Shown here in pieces: positions 24,906 through 37,800 of a DNA stretch of 64,000 nt. The notes under the pieces were generated by a model. The model saw only the letters and a list, made by a program, of their open reading frames with translations, did no database searches and had not been told where the DNA came from. Source of the stretch: Takakia lepidozioides (taxonomy: Eukaryota; Plantae; Bryophyta); assembly GCA_030704615.1 (NCBI GenBank), contig CM060732.1, positions 80,972,001 to 81,036,000 of the forward strand, given 5' to 3'. The translations under genes were made by a program, and so were the position numbers. Numbering within the stretch: the stretch's first letter is position 1; every line of letters begins with the position of its first letter.

Positions 24906-26814
24906 TCATTATTTTCCTCACCTTTGCAGTCTCGTCCCACCTGCCAGCTGCAGCATAGATGTTTGATAGCAACACGCAAGTTGTAGAATCCTGTCGATCC
25001 AACTTGAGGATAGATTTTGCTGCACGTTCTGCCACCTCCACATTGCCATGAATTCTGCAGGCACCAAGCAAGGCCTTCCACACCACAACATCTGGTTTGA
25101 TTGGCATTTTATCAATGAAATCCTCTGCCTCATCCAGTTGCCCCAAACGGCCAAGAAGGTCCACCATGCAGCCGAAGTGCTCCACTGTAGGAGTAAGGCC
25201 ATGACCTTGACTCAGGGAATCAAAGTAGTATCTGCCTTCATCCACAAGGCCCGCGTGGCTACATGCAGAGAGAACAAATAGAAAGGTGATATTGTCTGGC
25301 TTCAAGCCTTCCTTTGGCATTTCTTCAAATACTTGCAGGGCCTCCCTATGATAACCATGCTGGACATATCCTGCAATCATCACATTCGATGACACCACAT
25401 CTCGTTCAGCCATATTGACGAACACTCCCTTTGCATCCTTGATACTCCCACACTTGGCATACATGTCAATGAGGGAAGTGTCCAAGATGATACTTGGCAC
25501 AATTCCAGCTTTAATGATATCAGCATGGACCTCTTTGCCTTTTCCCAGGGCTGCCAGGCTCGCACATGCATTGCAAACGCAAAGGAACGTCACCTGGTTG
25601 GGCTTCACCCCCACCCACATCATTTGCTCATAGGTCTCCAAAGCCTCAATCCCACACCCATGCTGGACATATCCTGCGATCATCACACTCCATGAAACCA
25701 CATTTCTCTCAGCCATATTGTTGAACACTTGTCGTGCATCCTCGACGCTCCCGCATTTGGCATACATGTCCACGATGGCAGTGTCCAGAATCATATTTGG
25801 TACAATTCCAGCTTTCATGATATCAGCATGGACCTCTTTGCCCTTTTCCAGGGCTGTGAGGTTGGCACATGCATTGCAAATGCAAACAAATGACACCTGA
25901 TTGGGCTTCACCCCTTCCCACATCATTCGCTCGTAGGTCTCCAAAGCCTTCATCCCACAACCATGCTGGGCATATCCTGCGATCATTGCATTCCATGAGA
26001 CCACATCTCGTTCAGCCATATTGTCAAACACTCCCTTTGCATCCTCAATACTCCCACATTTGGCATACATGTCCACGAGGGCAGTGTCCAGAATCATATT
26101 TGGTACAATTCCAGCTTTCATGATGTCACCGTGGACCTCTTTGCCCTTTTCCAGGGCTGCCAGGCTGGCACATGCGTTACAAACGCAAACAAACGTGACA
26201 TGGTCGGGCTTCACCCCTTCACGTATCATTTGCTCATAGGTCTCAAATGCATTCCTACCCCAGCCATGCTTGGTGTATCCGGCAATCATTATAGTCCACG
26301 AAAACAGGTTTCGTTCTGGCATTCTGTCAAACACTCGGTGTGCATCCAGGATGCTCCCACACTTGACATACATGTTGACAAGGGTGTTGTGCAAAAGTAC
26401 GTTTGGTTTGACTCCACTTCGGAGAATGTGGGCGTGGACCTGCTTTCCACCTGCTAGGCATTTGATCTCGATGCACTTATGCAAGAGACAGACATAAGTA
26501 TCTGAGTCTGCCGAAATGCCTCCTTGGTTCAAAATATACAGAGCTTCTTTCAGTTCTCCTGCCTCGCATAGTGTCCTCACATGCCCGCAAGTGCCAGAAC
26601 AGAGCTTGTAGACTCCCTCTCTTGCTCCTTCGGCAGCAGTGGTGATGGTGGAGTTACCTGATTCAATCAACTGTGCTGCTCCTGCTGCTGCTGCTGCCTT
26701 TAGTCCATCTACCCGTGCAGGTTTCTTGCGCCTATCAATCCACCGTGCTTCATTGGTACTCTTGTGCCTCATTACAGAGGCATGAATCCACTGTTTGCAC
26801 TGAGATGCTATCAT
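24877..26814 (-). CDS. Intronless PLS-class pentatricopeptide repeat protein (P-L-S triplets, P2-L2-S2-E1-E2), organellar RNA-editing factor type
   Basis: 645-aa ORF with repeated LVDMYAKCGS..VFD.M.ERDVVSWNAMIAGY..GVKPN motifs, LSACSHAGLVDEG, E1 (WKALLGACRIHG) and E2 (LLSNIYAAAGRW). N-terminal extension is compatible with a transit peptide. Confidence 0.95.
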   Translation of the reverse strand: MIASQCKQWIHASVMRHKSTNEARWIDRRKKPARVDGLKAAAAAGAAQLIESGNSTITTAAEGAREGVYKLCSGTCGHVRTLCEAGELKEALYILNQGGISADSDTYVCLLHKCIEIKCLAGGKQVHAHILRSGVKPNVLLHNTLVNMYVKCGSILDAHRVFDRMPERNLFSWTIMIAGYTKHGWGRNAFETYEQMIREGVKPDHVTFVCVCNACASLAALEKGKEVHGDIMKAGIVPNMILDTALVDMYAKCGSIEDAKGVFDNMAERDVVSWNAMIAGYAQHGCGMKALETYERMMWEGVKPNQVSFVCICNACANLTALEKGKEVHADIMKAGIVPNMILDTAIVDMYAKCGSVEDARQVFNNMAERNVVSWSVMIAGYVQHGCGIEALETYEQMMWVGVKPNQVTFLCVCNACASLAALGKGKEVHADIIKAGIVPSIILDTSLIDMYAKCGSIKDAKGVFVNMAERDVVSSNVMIAGYVQHGYHREALQVFEEMPKEGLKPDNITFLFVLSACSHAGLVDEGRYYFDSLSQGHGLTPTVEHFGCMVDLLGRLGQLDEAEDFIDKMPIKPDVVVWKALLGACRIHGNVEVAERAAKSILKLDRQDSTTCVLLSNIYAAAGRWDETAKVRKIMKKGSRSLLP

Positions 26815-28122
26815 CTCCTTACTACTTGCTCAAATAGCATGGAGCTTTCACTGCTGTTTCCGTCTCGATATCGGTTTTCCACGATATGTATGTCAGGACG
26901 ACAGAACCCTTCATTGGATAGTTTGCTTAAACTCAGAACACCACATGAATGATGGAAAGGAGTGCAACAGTTTACAACGTGTGTGACATATTGTACATCG
27001 GACATAGTACCACTGCGAGAAGCTCTTTGGAAGGCAGTCTTCAGGCGACCACACATCACACGTGCTAATACTGTCCTGTACAATCAAGCAATAAGCAAAA
27101 CGCACCTTTCAAAATCTGAACAACAGTCCAGCTGGGAAAAAGCACCCAGACACTAGAGGGGAAGAGGGAGAGAGGGGAACTGGTGTACTGGCATTCCTGT
27201 TTATGTTGGCTACAATGTACCACGGAGAGAATTGTTCCTGCAGAATACTAACCCATGCAGCAATTCCCGGAAGGAGGAAACTAAAACCTGGAACCTCAAC
27301 CTTCCAAGGGAGTCAACTAATTGCAGACACAGTCATCATAGTGAATTGTACCTGACTGTTCAGTTCTGCAAAACAGGACCATAATCATGTGCTCATGGAC
27401 CAGACAAATACATAGGAGTGCAGAAACCTAAATTCCGATTATAGAATTACACTAAGAGAGAGAGGCTCCTCCAGACCTGGTCACAGTCGTCATCTTCAAT
27501 GGTGCCCTTGTTGTCGCGCAAGAGCTCAGTTAAGTGACTACTCTTCTTTTTCTCAGCTAATGCTGCAGCCACGCCTGCATATATGTGCACCGACTCCATC
27601 CACATGGACAAATGCCAAAGCCAATGCCAATGCATCAAGCTTTCAACAACACGCTGGCCTTCACTTATAGCTTAGTTTCTTTAATTGAAGCTTCAGTGAG
27701 GGGCCCATACAACAAGTGAATGCTGACAATATCCCGTCTCACCAGCATCAATATTTCAAGCAAGCTAGTTTGTTGGCTCCTCCCTAAGGAGAGACCACGC
27801 ATCCATTGTTTTCTCCTCATGTACCTTCCCCAGATCATACCTTCCCCAGTAAATAGCCATTCTCAGTATAGGTACTCTAGATTCTCATCCGGCCTTTTTC
27901 TTTCGTTCTTTCTTTTTCTTTTTTTGGCCTATTAAAGTTATCTGTAAGTCAAGGGGATGGAGGGTGAGTTAGGTCAGTTCGGCCAAAAAGACAGGCTGAA
28001 GTGTAGTAATGTCAGAAGAGCAGCGAGCAAAATACAAGGGAAAAAGAGAGGACCAAACTCAAAGTAGCATAGATATGAGCGTAAAACGCATTTCATCCTG
28101 TATTTTGTTTTTTGGCATTCCT

Positions 28123-28421
28123 CTCCGGGTGTCCAGGTTGATGCATTCAACCTATATCAAATATGTTGAGTACCCCAGTCCATGTTCTATAAACCTTTCT
28201 ATGCTTTCCTCGACCAAATAAGGATTATCATACTTTCCTTTTGCAGTCTTCTCACAGGGAACACTCACTCACCTGGACTCAAAGAGTGTGAGCTCTGCCT
28301 GTGACCAGAAGTGTTTAGAACTGGAAAGCAACATGATTGTGTAGCAGAAGTCAGAAACCTTTGTGTGCAGGAATCACTAGTTTGATAGTTTCACCGTCCT
28401 GCATGCATGTAAGATTCAAAA
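28123..28421 (+). repeat. Copy 2 of the ~300-bp duplication, with a 72-bp internal inversion relative to copy 1
   Basis: 28285-28356 is the reverse complement of 23925-23996. Confidence 0.9.
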
Positions 28422-28824
28422 ACTCAAATCTGCACAGGAGATGAATGCAGCCATCTATGGCATGCACATTTATTATGTGTATCTGTCTTGGATGCAGTTA
28501 CTCTGCAACAAACTTTGCCAGTGGACAGTTTGATTTGAAGTATTTGGTCAACACAAAATTCCTTAACAACTTCAATTGATAGTGAATCAACCTTTATAAT
28601 GTACATGGTTCTACTGTTCGTCCCAAATATCAGCACTCCAAAGACAGCCATTAGATTTGCCCACTGGTCAAGAACACTGCCTTCTTCACCATGCGTAGGA
28701 GAGTGGCTTGATTGTATATCAAGAGCGTGCACCAACATCATCCTGAAAACAGTGAGGGTGGAGGAGGCCGAGTCCTGCATGTTTACCCGTACTCCTTGTG
28801 CTACGAAGGAACGGGGTTACATAT

Positions 28825-31800
28825 TTAATGAGTTGCCACATATATCCTTCTCCACTTATGGACCCTAATTGCTGCAGCTGTCATCACTCGGAAAAGGAGA
28901 CAATACATAGCTAGAACCAATATATCGATCGGGATTCGATGATGATTTAGACTGCGGTTCATCTGCAGTTGAGTCCAAACAAAGACATTATTTGCATCAT
29001 GTAACCGTGGGCAACTGCACTGTGGGCATGCACTCGGGTTATGAAGGCATGCTGTGTTTTGCCCAACGTCTAGGCACTGTGGCGTGTTCGTGTCGCAGAA
29101 GAAAGCTATGGAGGTCAGGCTGTTAAGTGCATATTGGATGGGGTTTGTCCAGAATATCCAGATGACGGTTTTTAAGATTTTTCTTTTAGGAATGACTGAG
29201 CCTCCAGTGGAAGTCCAAAAGCTGATGGTTAGAGGAATAAGAACAGCTACAATCTGCACAGGCAAAATCAGTCACCCAGTAAGTCTTTAGAGAGAATGGC
29301 TTTGTCCAACATTCCCTGCAGACATTGCCTACGATCTAACCTTGAAGACAGCCCATGCAACATATCAGCTCTCCTGGAGCCGATTGTGGGCTCTCAATAG
29401 GGAACCAGCTGCAAATTGCGGAAGTGCCCCCACACAGCTCATGACAAAGCAGCTAGAAAAAAACATGTGTTGTGGCCATCGTGCAGAAACACTCCAGCAG
29501 TGGTATCCCAGCCCCAATTTGGGCCCAGGGAAAAAATCATGAGAGAGGAAACAAAACCAGAGCCCAAAAAAAAAAAGGACTACTGCTCGAGGGATTGTCT
29601 AAGGGTCAAGGCCTCGGGCAGGTAAGCTGCCAAGCATTTCTGATCATTATAGTGGAGGGAGAAAGGAACAAGACACCCACATCAAAATGTGGCAAACATT
29701 TGCCCACAGACACAGTAGCTGGCAGACACTCTGGTCCTCAAAGCTGAGACTGGGAGTCCCTAAGACCCAATAGTATCTGCCAGGAGAATAAAGAGGACAG
29801 AGAGAGAATGTATTCATAAGACGACGTTTGCTGTAGCCTTGTGGCCATTGATCCCACGCTCAGTTTGAGCGGAACACAAAGGGACAGAAACTACCTTTGT
29901 CAGGGGCTGACACCGGTAGTATGACTTACCAAGTGCCGAGCATGCTAGACAGAGCATACAACTGCCGATATTGGGCGCAGGGGCTGCCCCCAAGCAGGAG
30001 GGGTCCGCTTGTTACCATTCAGCGATCACACTCCAGGGAGCTGCAGGGAATGGCCTGCGTAGCATATTCTAAAGAGGGAGAGGCCCCAAACTCTCCAACT
30101 AAATCCAATGCACTACCTTACCAGAGCATAGTGCTTCACGTCAAAACAAACAAAGACATGAAATGGTGCTTTATAACGTCCGCGGAAAGCTCATAGAGTG
30201 AGAGAAGAGAGAGAGAGAGAGAGAGATAGTTTGACTCATTGATTGTCCCCTTTGGTAAGCCGTGACATACCCTCTCAGGACCAATCAGGGGGTCACAAAC
30301 CCACCCGACGGCAGGGAGTGACAAACAGAAGGACAGTAAGCCAGAAAAATGTAGAGGAAGGTAAATCATTTACCTGTGGCGAAGGACTAATAGCTGCAAT
30401 AAATATGCCAAGAAATGTGATGGCCAGAGAAAATTCAAATAGGACAAAATAGAAGCGAAAGAAGTCAGCTGCCGAGTGTACAGCCATTTGAGCCATGAGG
30501 CAAAAGACGAAACAGAATATCATAGTCGCTAACGCCAGATATGGAACCTGTTGGGAAGACACAGGGGGATCCAGTTAGTAGAAGTATGGTGTGAAGCAAA
30601 TTGTACATTTCTACTTCACACAAGAGAGAAGAGGAAGAAAAATTAAGTAAATTCAACATGACCACCTGTAGCACGAAGGCCTAGCATTCACTGATTGTTC
30701 AATGCAGGGGATGACATACTCTACTGGGCCTTTGTGACAGTTCTAATGATGCAGGGTATGCAGCTTTAGAAGACGTCAATGAAGAAGAAATAGAAACTGT
30801 ATTATGTCAACAGGAGCCAGAGGACCATGGGGCACTGTAGAACAGCAGAAACCAAAGAACAAATGAAATCCCATATATGACACACAGTTCAGGCTTTTCG
30901 CTATGGAGTTTAATTATCCTTTAAGATAGTTTTAGAAGATTGGCCTTCTGCCTGATTTTGAGCCTTTGGTCCCTTCCATTGTCTTTGGGACCTCATACAT
31001 TTTCTATATCTTGCCTGCCCATTGAGCCTTCTTACCTGGCCAAATATTTCAGCTGTCCTGACCAGTGTTGGGTGGAAATTTGGTTTCTGTCATATCCTCC
31101 GGTTCCGGTTTTTTCAAGTTTTGGAAAACTAAGAACCTCAGTTCCGGATACTAGCAAGATTTATGTCAAGATATATCCTTTGTATCGAGATACTAGCAAA
31201 CACCTCAAATAACCGGTGGATCTCATCAAATGTCTGGCGGTTTTTCATGGATCTTTGAAGTGATATTTGATCAGATATTTCTTTGAAATTTTGAGAACTG
31301 CCGGTTAAATGGCAATATATCCTGCAGAGATTAGGTCCCAAATCAAAGATCCTCCCAACACTGGTCCTGACGTGTGAGACTTCCCAATAAATTGTGATCC
31401 AGGGTGCTGCACCTTCCCTCAGACGAAATGAAATGGTAGTTTACAACATCCACGGAAAGGTTCATAGTGGGTGCAGCACTGGGACTTCCGGGAGGTAACC
31501 CATCCCACCCAGTACTATTCCGGCCCAAAGGCGTTTGACTTCAGAGGTCTGGTGTAGTGGCCTTGGTATGACCACACCACAAAAAATGATATGGTAAGAG
31601 GAGGGAGCAATTACCTCAGCAAATGTCCATGCCAAGTTGTAGAATAGAACGTTGTACTGGTTTGTGGACTGCTCTCTTTCCAAGGTCGCTTTTTGTAATA
31701 GGATGCTGGGTACAACACTTTGTGCATTGGTAATTCCCAGTAGGACACACACAATAAATAGACTTTGAGATTTCACAGTCATGCCCACTGTTGTGTGTAT

Positions 31801-34800
31801 ATTGACGTTGAAATAGACAGAGCCCAGTATCAAACCCAGAGCTAGTGAGGATGTCATTCTGGAAAAGCTATAACCCACGTTCCGCCAATAAAATCGCTGC
31901 ATTTTTATGAAGATTTCGTACGCCATCAATGAGTAAGGAGCTCGATAACCTGCTTCTGTCAGCTCTGGTCCATTTTGTCCCTTGGACCGGCGGAGGTGCT
32001 GGAGTTGCACATGATTGTGGAGGGCCAATTCGCTCACTCGATACTCAAAGGCATAGTCTCTCAGGGCCTTGCGGTCAGTGATGCCGTCACCAATGACATC
32101 GATGGCATAGGATGTGGGGCTTTTATTTGGTGGGCACAGAGGGGTGCCAGGGATTGCCTCGAAATATTTCTGTGACATGAATAACACCCAGCAAATGGCC
32201 TCTAATCACATCTTCACAACGAGTGACAAAATGTTGAGATTTTACCATTACCATGACTCTCAAGAGCAACACTTATATTATGCAATTTCCTGTGAAAGGT
32301 CAACATCAGCATGCAACTGTTACATCTCAATCTCTCACTGAGTCTTCCATTATGAGGATCAGAAATGCTTGTCAGCTTACCTGCACGAGGCCTTGACCCT
32401 TAGGCAATCCCATGAGCAGTTTGGGCTGCTTTTTGGCTTGGGTTTTGTCTCCTCTCTCTTATTTTTTCCATTTTGTCCCATAAGCTATTGAGCTTTCCGT
32501 GGACGTTATAAAGTACCATTTCGTTTCATTTCCTTCTCCTCCCACTCTTGCTCAATTTCCACATAAAATAAAGGACCAATACTTTATTAGAGGAAGGCCA
32601 GGATCAGGACCCATTGATGAAGGGAGCTTGCTGTAGTGGCCAACATCCCCATAATCGCTTCACACCCTCCCCCTTACCCACTCCATCATGTGGTTTACTG
32701 CCATGATGGTGCCCAATGAGTAACTTTCACTTCCTGTCTTCATCAGAGCTTGAAGTTGGCTTTCCCAAACTACCAAAGCGGGGGAGGGTCCGGAAGGCGT
32801 TGACTCAATAATGGGGTTTAAGGAAGGCTTTCGGACAAACTTATTGCATATCCAAATGTTCAACAGCATTGTAAGACTGTAACATTCCCTCTTCACTCTG
32901 ATCATTTGAAGACAACAACCCTTCAGGAGCTGTATGAGGCAGAGTTTCTACTACCGGGGTATAAAACTCATCCCCAACCTCATCCACAGTAGAAGTGAGA
33001 GAAAACCAAAAGAAATAAGGAAAAGAGTAGTTACCTGGACAAGCTCTGCATTTATTCCAGATTGACCAAAGTAGACGGTTTCACCCCCTCGCTTGAGGAT
33101 GAGGAGGCTATTGAAGGCTACCAGCTGCCGCAGACTGGGCTGCCGAAGTGTGGTGATCACCACCCTACCCGTGTCAGCTATGTGCTGCACTCAAAACACC
33201 CCCATTAACATGAATACCAACCCTGACTCTAATTCAAAGATGCAGGCCACTTGAGCTGTTGGGATGAGGAAAACCCAGAGATTCCATTCAACCCAGGATT
33301 TCACTCCATCTAATTAAGAGACTTCATCATGTGGCAATAAAAATAAGAGCAGGACCCTTAGGAGAGAGATACTACCTTGAGACATCGAATAATATGGCTG
33401 GAGGCATGGCTGTCAAGTCCTTTCGTGGGCTCATCCAGAAACATGATACTCGGGTTGCCTGCCAGCTCTGTAGCTATTGCCAGCCGCATAGCTTGCTCTT
33501 GCGTTACCTCATCTTCCCGTAGGGATAGTAGCAACTTATCTGAAAGATGTTTGATTTCCACTAGCTGCAAAACCTGCATCATCCAAACTCGAAGTCTGAC
33601 AAAAAGTTATGCAGTAGAAAATGCAATCATACTCTCATGCTTTCCCACATAAATGGCCTTGACTTGTAGGAAGTGAACCCAATGAAATATGACCCCAGCT
33701 CTGTGGGATGCCAAATGAGTATAAAATGTCATAGTTCCCATAATGATGTCCACTTGAAACAGCTGTTACAAATCAACAGAGGATTTTAAAGGAGGAGATG
33801 AACATACCTCCTCAACAAACTCTTGACGTTTTTGGATGGGAGACTTTTTGCCTAGCCGCATGGCAGCACTAAATGTGATGGCCTCTTGTACGGTCATGTG
33901 TGGAGCATATGAATGAAGATCATCGACATAACCAATTGCATTTGCATATGTCTTTTGTATCTTCGGATATCCATTGACCAAAATTTGTCCCCCAATGCGC
34001 CCCAGAGACACTTTCCGGCCTGTTGACAGGCAAGGCAACAGACGAACAAGTATCTATAAGACTTCAATGGGATAACGAAATGGGTGACAGATTATACATA
34101 TCAATAGATTGCCCGAGTACAGTACTTGATAACTCATTGAGCCTGGTTACGCCTTAAAGAAGGAAGTGTTTTTATCAGATCCACTCGAAACCCAATGATG
34201 TTGTGGTGTAAGAGAAAGTTCTGAAGCCAGAACATCCAAATTTCTAAGCTATGACAGTACCTTGATTTCATGGAGACAAAGTGCAATGGGCACGTATGCG
34301 TCGGGCATTTCTTGTCTTCATGACTGGAGGACAGAAACAAGAGAAGAAGCAATACTACCTGCACTGATGGGGTCTCTGGGACAAGAACAAGTTCCCACAA
34401 GATTCGCAACACTACAGAGTCAGGAATTTCTTGCCTAAAACTGCTTGGGGACAGATAGCCTCGTGCTCTTAGCGAAAGAAGGGAAGTGCGGAAGATGGGA
34501 TGATTGAAACAGGAGAGGTAATGTGTTATAATACCTGCAAGGCAATTAAGCAATGTTGTTTTGCCAGCCCCATCACAACCAAGCAGACCAACCATCTCGC
34601 CAGGCTCTGCCCATCCCGAGACAAAGTTGAGAATCGTACGGGTTTGCCCAATGGTGGGGATCAAAATGTCGTAGCTCAGCTCATGCCAGGATAGTGTGAG
34701 AGGCTCTGCTGTATGTGAAAGCTTTCGCTCTGCACGCCCCCACTCTTCATCTTTCTGGTGGTTCAGCCCCTCTGAGTGAAGCTTCACCTAGAAATCATTG

Positions 34801-37800
34801 CAACAACATACTTCAGCAGGAGATATTGTTTTCTGTTGGTTTGTCTGGATATTTCCGACGAAGTGAGTAACTGCACTCCTTTGGAATCCAGGACAACTTC
34901 AAAATCATAACCACCAAGTATGAATTCCCTAATGAGCCCACTCATCTACGTAACTCAAATAGGCAGAATGAGGAGGAAGATGTAACCTCCATGGGGGGAC
35001 TCAGTTTCCGCTTGGGTAAATGCCGAAGCCTTGCCAGAGACAAGTATGCCCCAATGTTGAACAGTATAAACCAGCCAATCAGTACCATGACAGCAATCCC
35101 AATCCAGTGATTGCTTGTATAAAATTGACCTTTTGCCAAGAAGGCATGGCCAACTGTGTTTTGTGGCCGTCCAACACATTGTGGAATACTTGCCAGATTG
35201 GGGACCTGGCTGCAGAGCATGCTGTAGCTTTTTGAATTGAATTCGTTGATCACAAGAGCAGTTATGCCCCATTGCAAAGGATCCAAGTAGTATGCCCAAA
35301 TCCAATAGTGTGGTACCTTGAAGCGGGGTACCAAGAAACCAGCAAATAGGATGAATATTGCCACCAATATCCCTGTAGGACAAGGGGGGTTGTTAATAAG
35401 CACAAAATGCTCTAATTGAGTACACCAATTGACTGGTGCTTATTGCATTGCAAATGATGGCTTGTTTGTTGCAACCAATCCTAAGCTAATCCGACCAGAT
35501 TGGTTACTAGGAATGATTAAATAGTAGACCTTGCCACCGTATTTTGTTCTTCCTCCACTAGCCTCCTATCTTCAACTCCTCGGCAGAATAAGGGAATCAG
35601 GTGAAAGAAAGAATGTTACCAATGATGCCGTTTGCCACTTCACGATCAGAGGCAAAGGCACTCATAAACCGCACTAATGATGCTCCATTCAAATCAGTCA
35701 AAATGGCAACAACATAGTACACCCAAAAATGCCAACCTCCATCGGTGAGACTGAGGCCTGTCATAAAGTACACTATAAGAGACCATGTGGTTGCCTGCAA
35801 ACAACAGCAGAGTCCAAGACATGGTAGCCTTGTTAGAATTCCTCAGTGGTCACATGTTTAGGCATGGGGATGGTTCAAAGACACATTGGAAAACATCATC
35901 TTCATCATCTTTCAGCACCCTTATCTCCTTCCCTCTTGAGGGCATTGGGGCGGTTCAGCGTGGGTTCCCACAACCTACGGATAGAGACTGGCAGATGGGA
36001 AAACCTGCAACGGGAGGACCGCCTATGTCCAGCTTGCATAGGGCGCAGCAAGGAAATTGAAACTGAAGAACACTTCTTCTTCTACTGCCCTCTATACTAC
36101 GAGATCCGTGGGAGATTCCACTGTTTATTCAGTGGAACCCAAACTCTCACTGATGTCTTTCACTATGAGGATAAAAAATGCTTGGCAGCCTACCTACACG
36201 AGGCCTTCACCCTTAGACAATCGCTAGAACATTAATTGTGGTTTCTGGATTTGTTCCTCTCTCATGTTTTCTTCCATTTTGTCCCATAAGCTCTACGAGC
36301 TTTCCGCGGACGTTATAAAGCACCATTTCATTTCATTGTCAAATTGTCGAAGCATGCAAGTCTTGTCAAAGATACTAAAGCTGAAGTAATACTTTCTGTT
36401 GGGGAAAGAAGGATGCATTACATTATCGACAAACCCACCCTCTCTCTTCAAGGGTCAATAGTAAAGTAAAGAGCTCAAGAAAAAATAGTGCCAATCACTG
36501 TAACTGCAGTGGAGAAAGCAATGAAATCAATGTACAAGGTAACTACAGCCACAGAGATCACCGTCAATGGGTAATCTAGGAAAACCAATCATTGCTTGTT
36601 TACAGCTGCAAGGGTAGCTTTCTTCAATGATTAAGAAGATCAATCAAGCATTGCAGCACCAGAAGGAACATAAAACAACAAAAGGAATAAGAGCAAAACC
36701 TCCATAATTGTGAAGGGAAGACCCCCAAAAATCTTAGCCAGTAGGTAAGACTGAGGGCGGAAAAACCGTGCGTTCTGTTGTTTGTAATAGACAGCCCGTT
36801 CCTCCATAAGAGTGGGTAATTGCCCCAAATTGATAAGGGTCAAATTCATAAGGGAGACAAAGAAGACACCTCGTAGTAAATTCATGTCCAGTTGGTTTGG
36901 GTCGTTTTGGACTCGGAAAAACACCACACCTGTGAAGATACTCAGTATAAGGATCTGCAACCAACATTTCAAACAACGAAAAGTTGGTCATTAGTAGAGA
37001 AGACACTGCTCCTAATGTCCATATCAATCCACTATATTCCTGCCTATGCTCCGTTTCCTTTTTCCGTGGTTCTTTGTTGTTCTCCATGTGCCTCTTGAGC
37101 TGTTTGGAGCTCCTGCCGATGTAATAACAAATTTCTTTCTCTTTTTCCGTGGACATTGTAAAGTACCATTTCATTTCATTTCTCTGTGGACATGATCAAG
37201 TTTCTTTGAAGTCTTCCACTATGAGGATCAGAAATGTTTGGTAGCCTACCTGCACGAGGCATTCACCCTTAGACAATCACTCGAACAATAGTTCTTTTCT
37301 GACTCTGGTTTTCCTATTTTCTCTCATGTTCTTCCTTCCATTTTGTCCCATAAGCTCTATGATCTTTCCGCGGACTTTATAAAGCACCATTTCATTTCAT
37401 TTCATTTGAGCTTTCCACGGAAACTCCATTTCTTGAGCTTCCGCAGATGTTATGCCGCATCATTTCATTTCTTTACTGGCAGCATGTCTACATGAGGCTC
37501 TACACCTGAGAGGATGCCTCGAAGTTGACTCCTAGTTTTTGGGCTGCCTATTGGGCCTACTTTTTCTTGCTTTCATCTCATTTCATTTCTTGCATGAAGC
37601 TCTCCAAATTAGAGAATCTCTCGATATTAAATAGTTGTTTTCGGGCTGCTTGTAGAAAGCCGCACTATCTTTCTTATAAAGCACCATTTCATTTCATTTC
37701 ATTTCTTGTTTCCTTCTTTTTTTTGGCCCTCTTTGAGCTTCCTGTGGACTTCCATTATGAAATGACGTTATGTAGTGTCATTCCAATTCATTTCTTTCTG

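Noticed and set aside
24860-24910. U-to-C editing DYW:KP-type domain
   Set aside because: The relic has a PG-box-like DPG..LEV, HSE and terminal EYW, consistent with the ordinary C-to-U type.
25048-26497. Multiple + strand ORFs overlapping the PPR gene
   Set aside because: Antisense shadows of the repetitive PPR coding frame.
35846-36235. Nested antisense gene inside an ABCG intron
   Set aside because: It is the C-terminus of LINE ORF2 from a 5'-truncated insertion.
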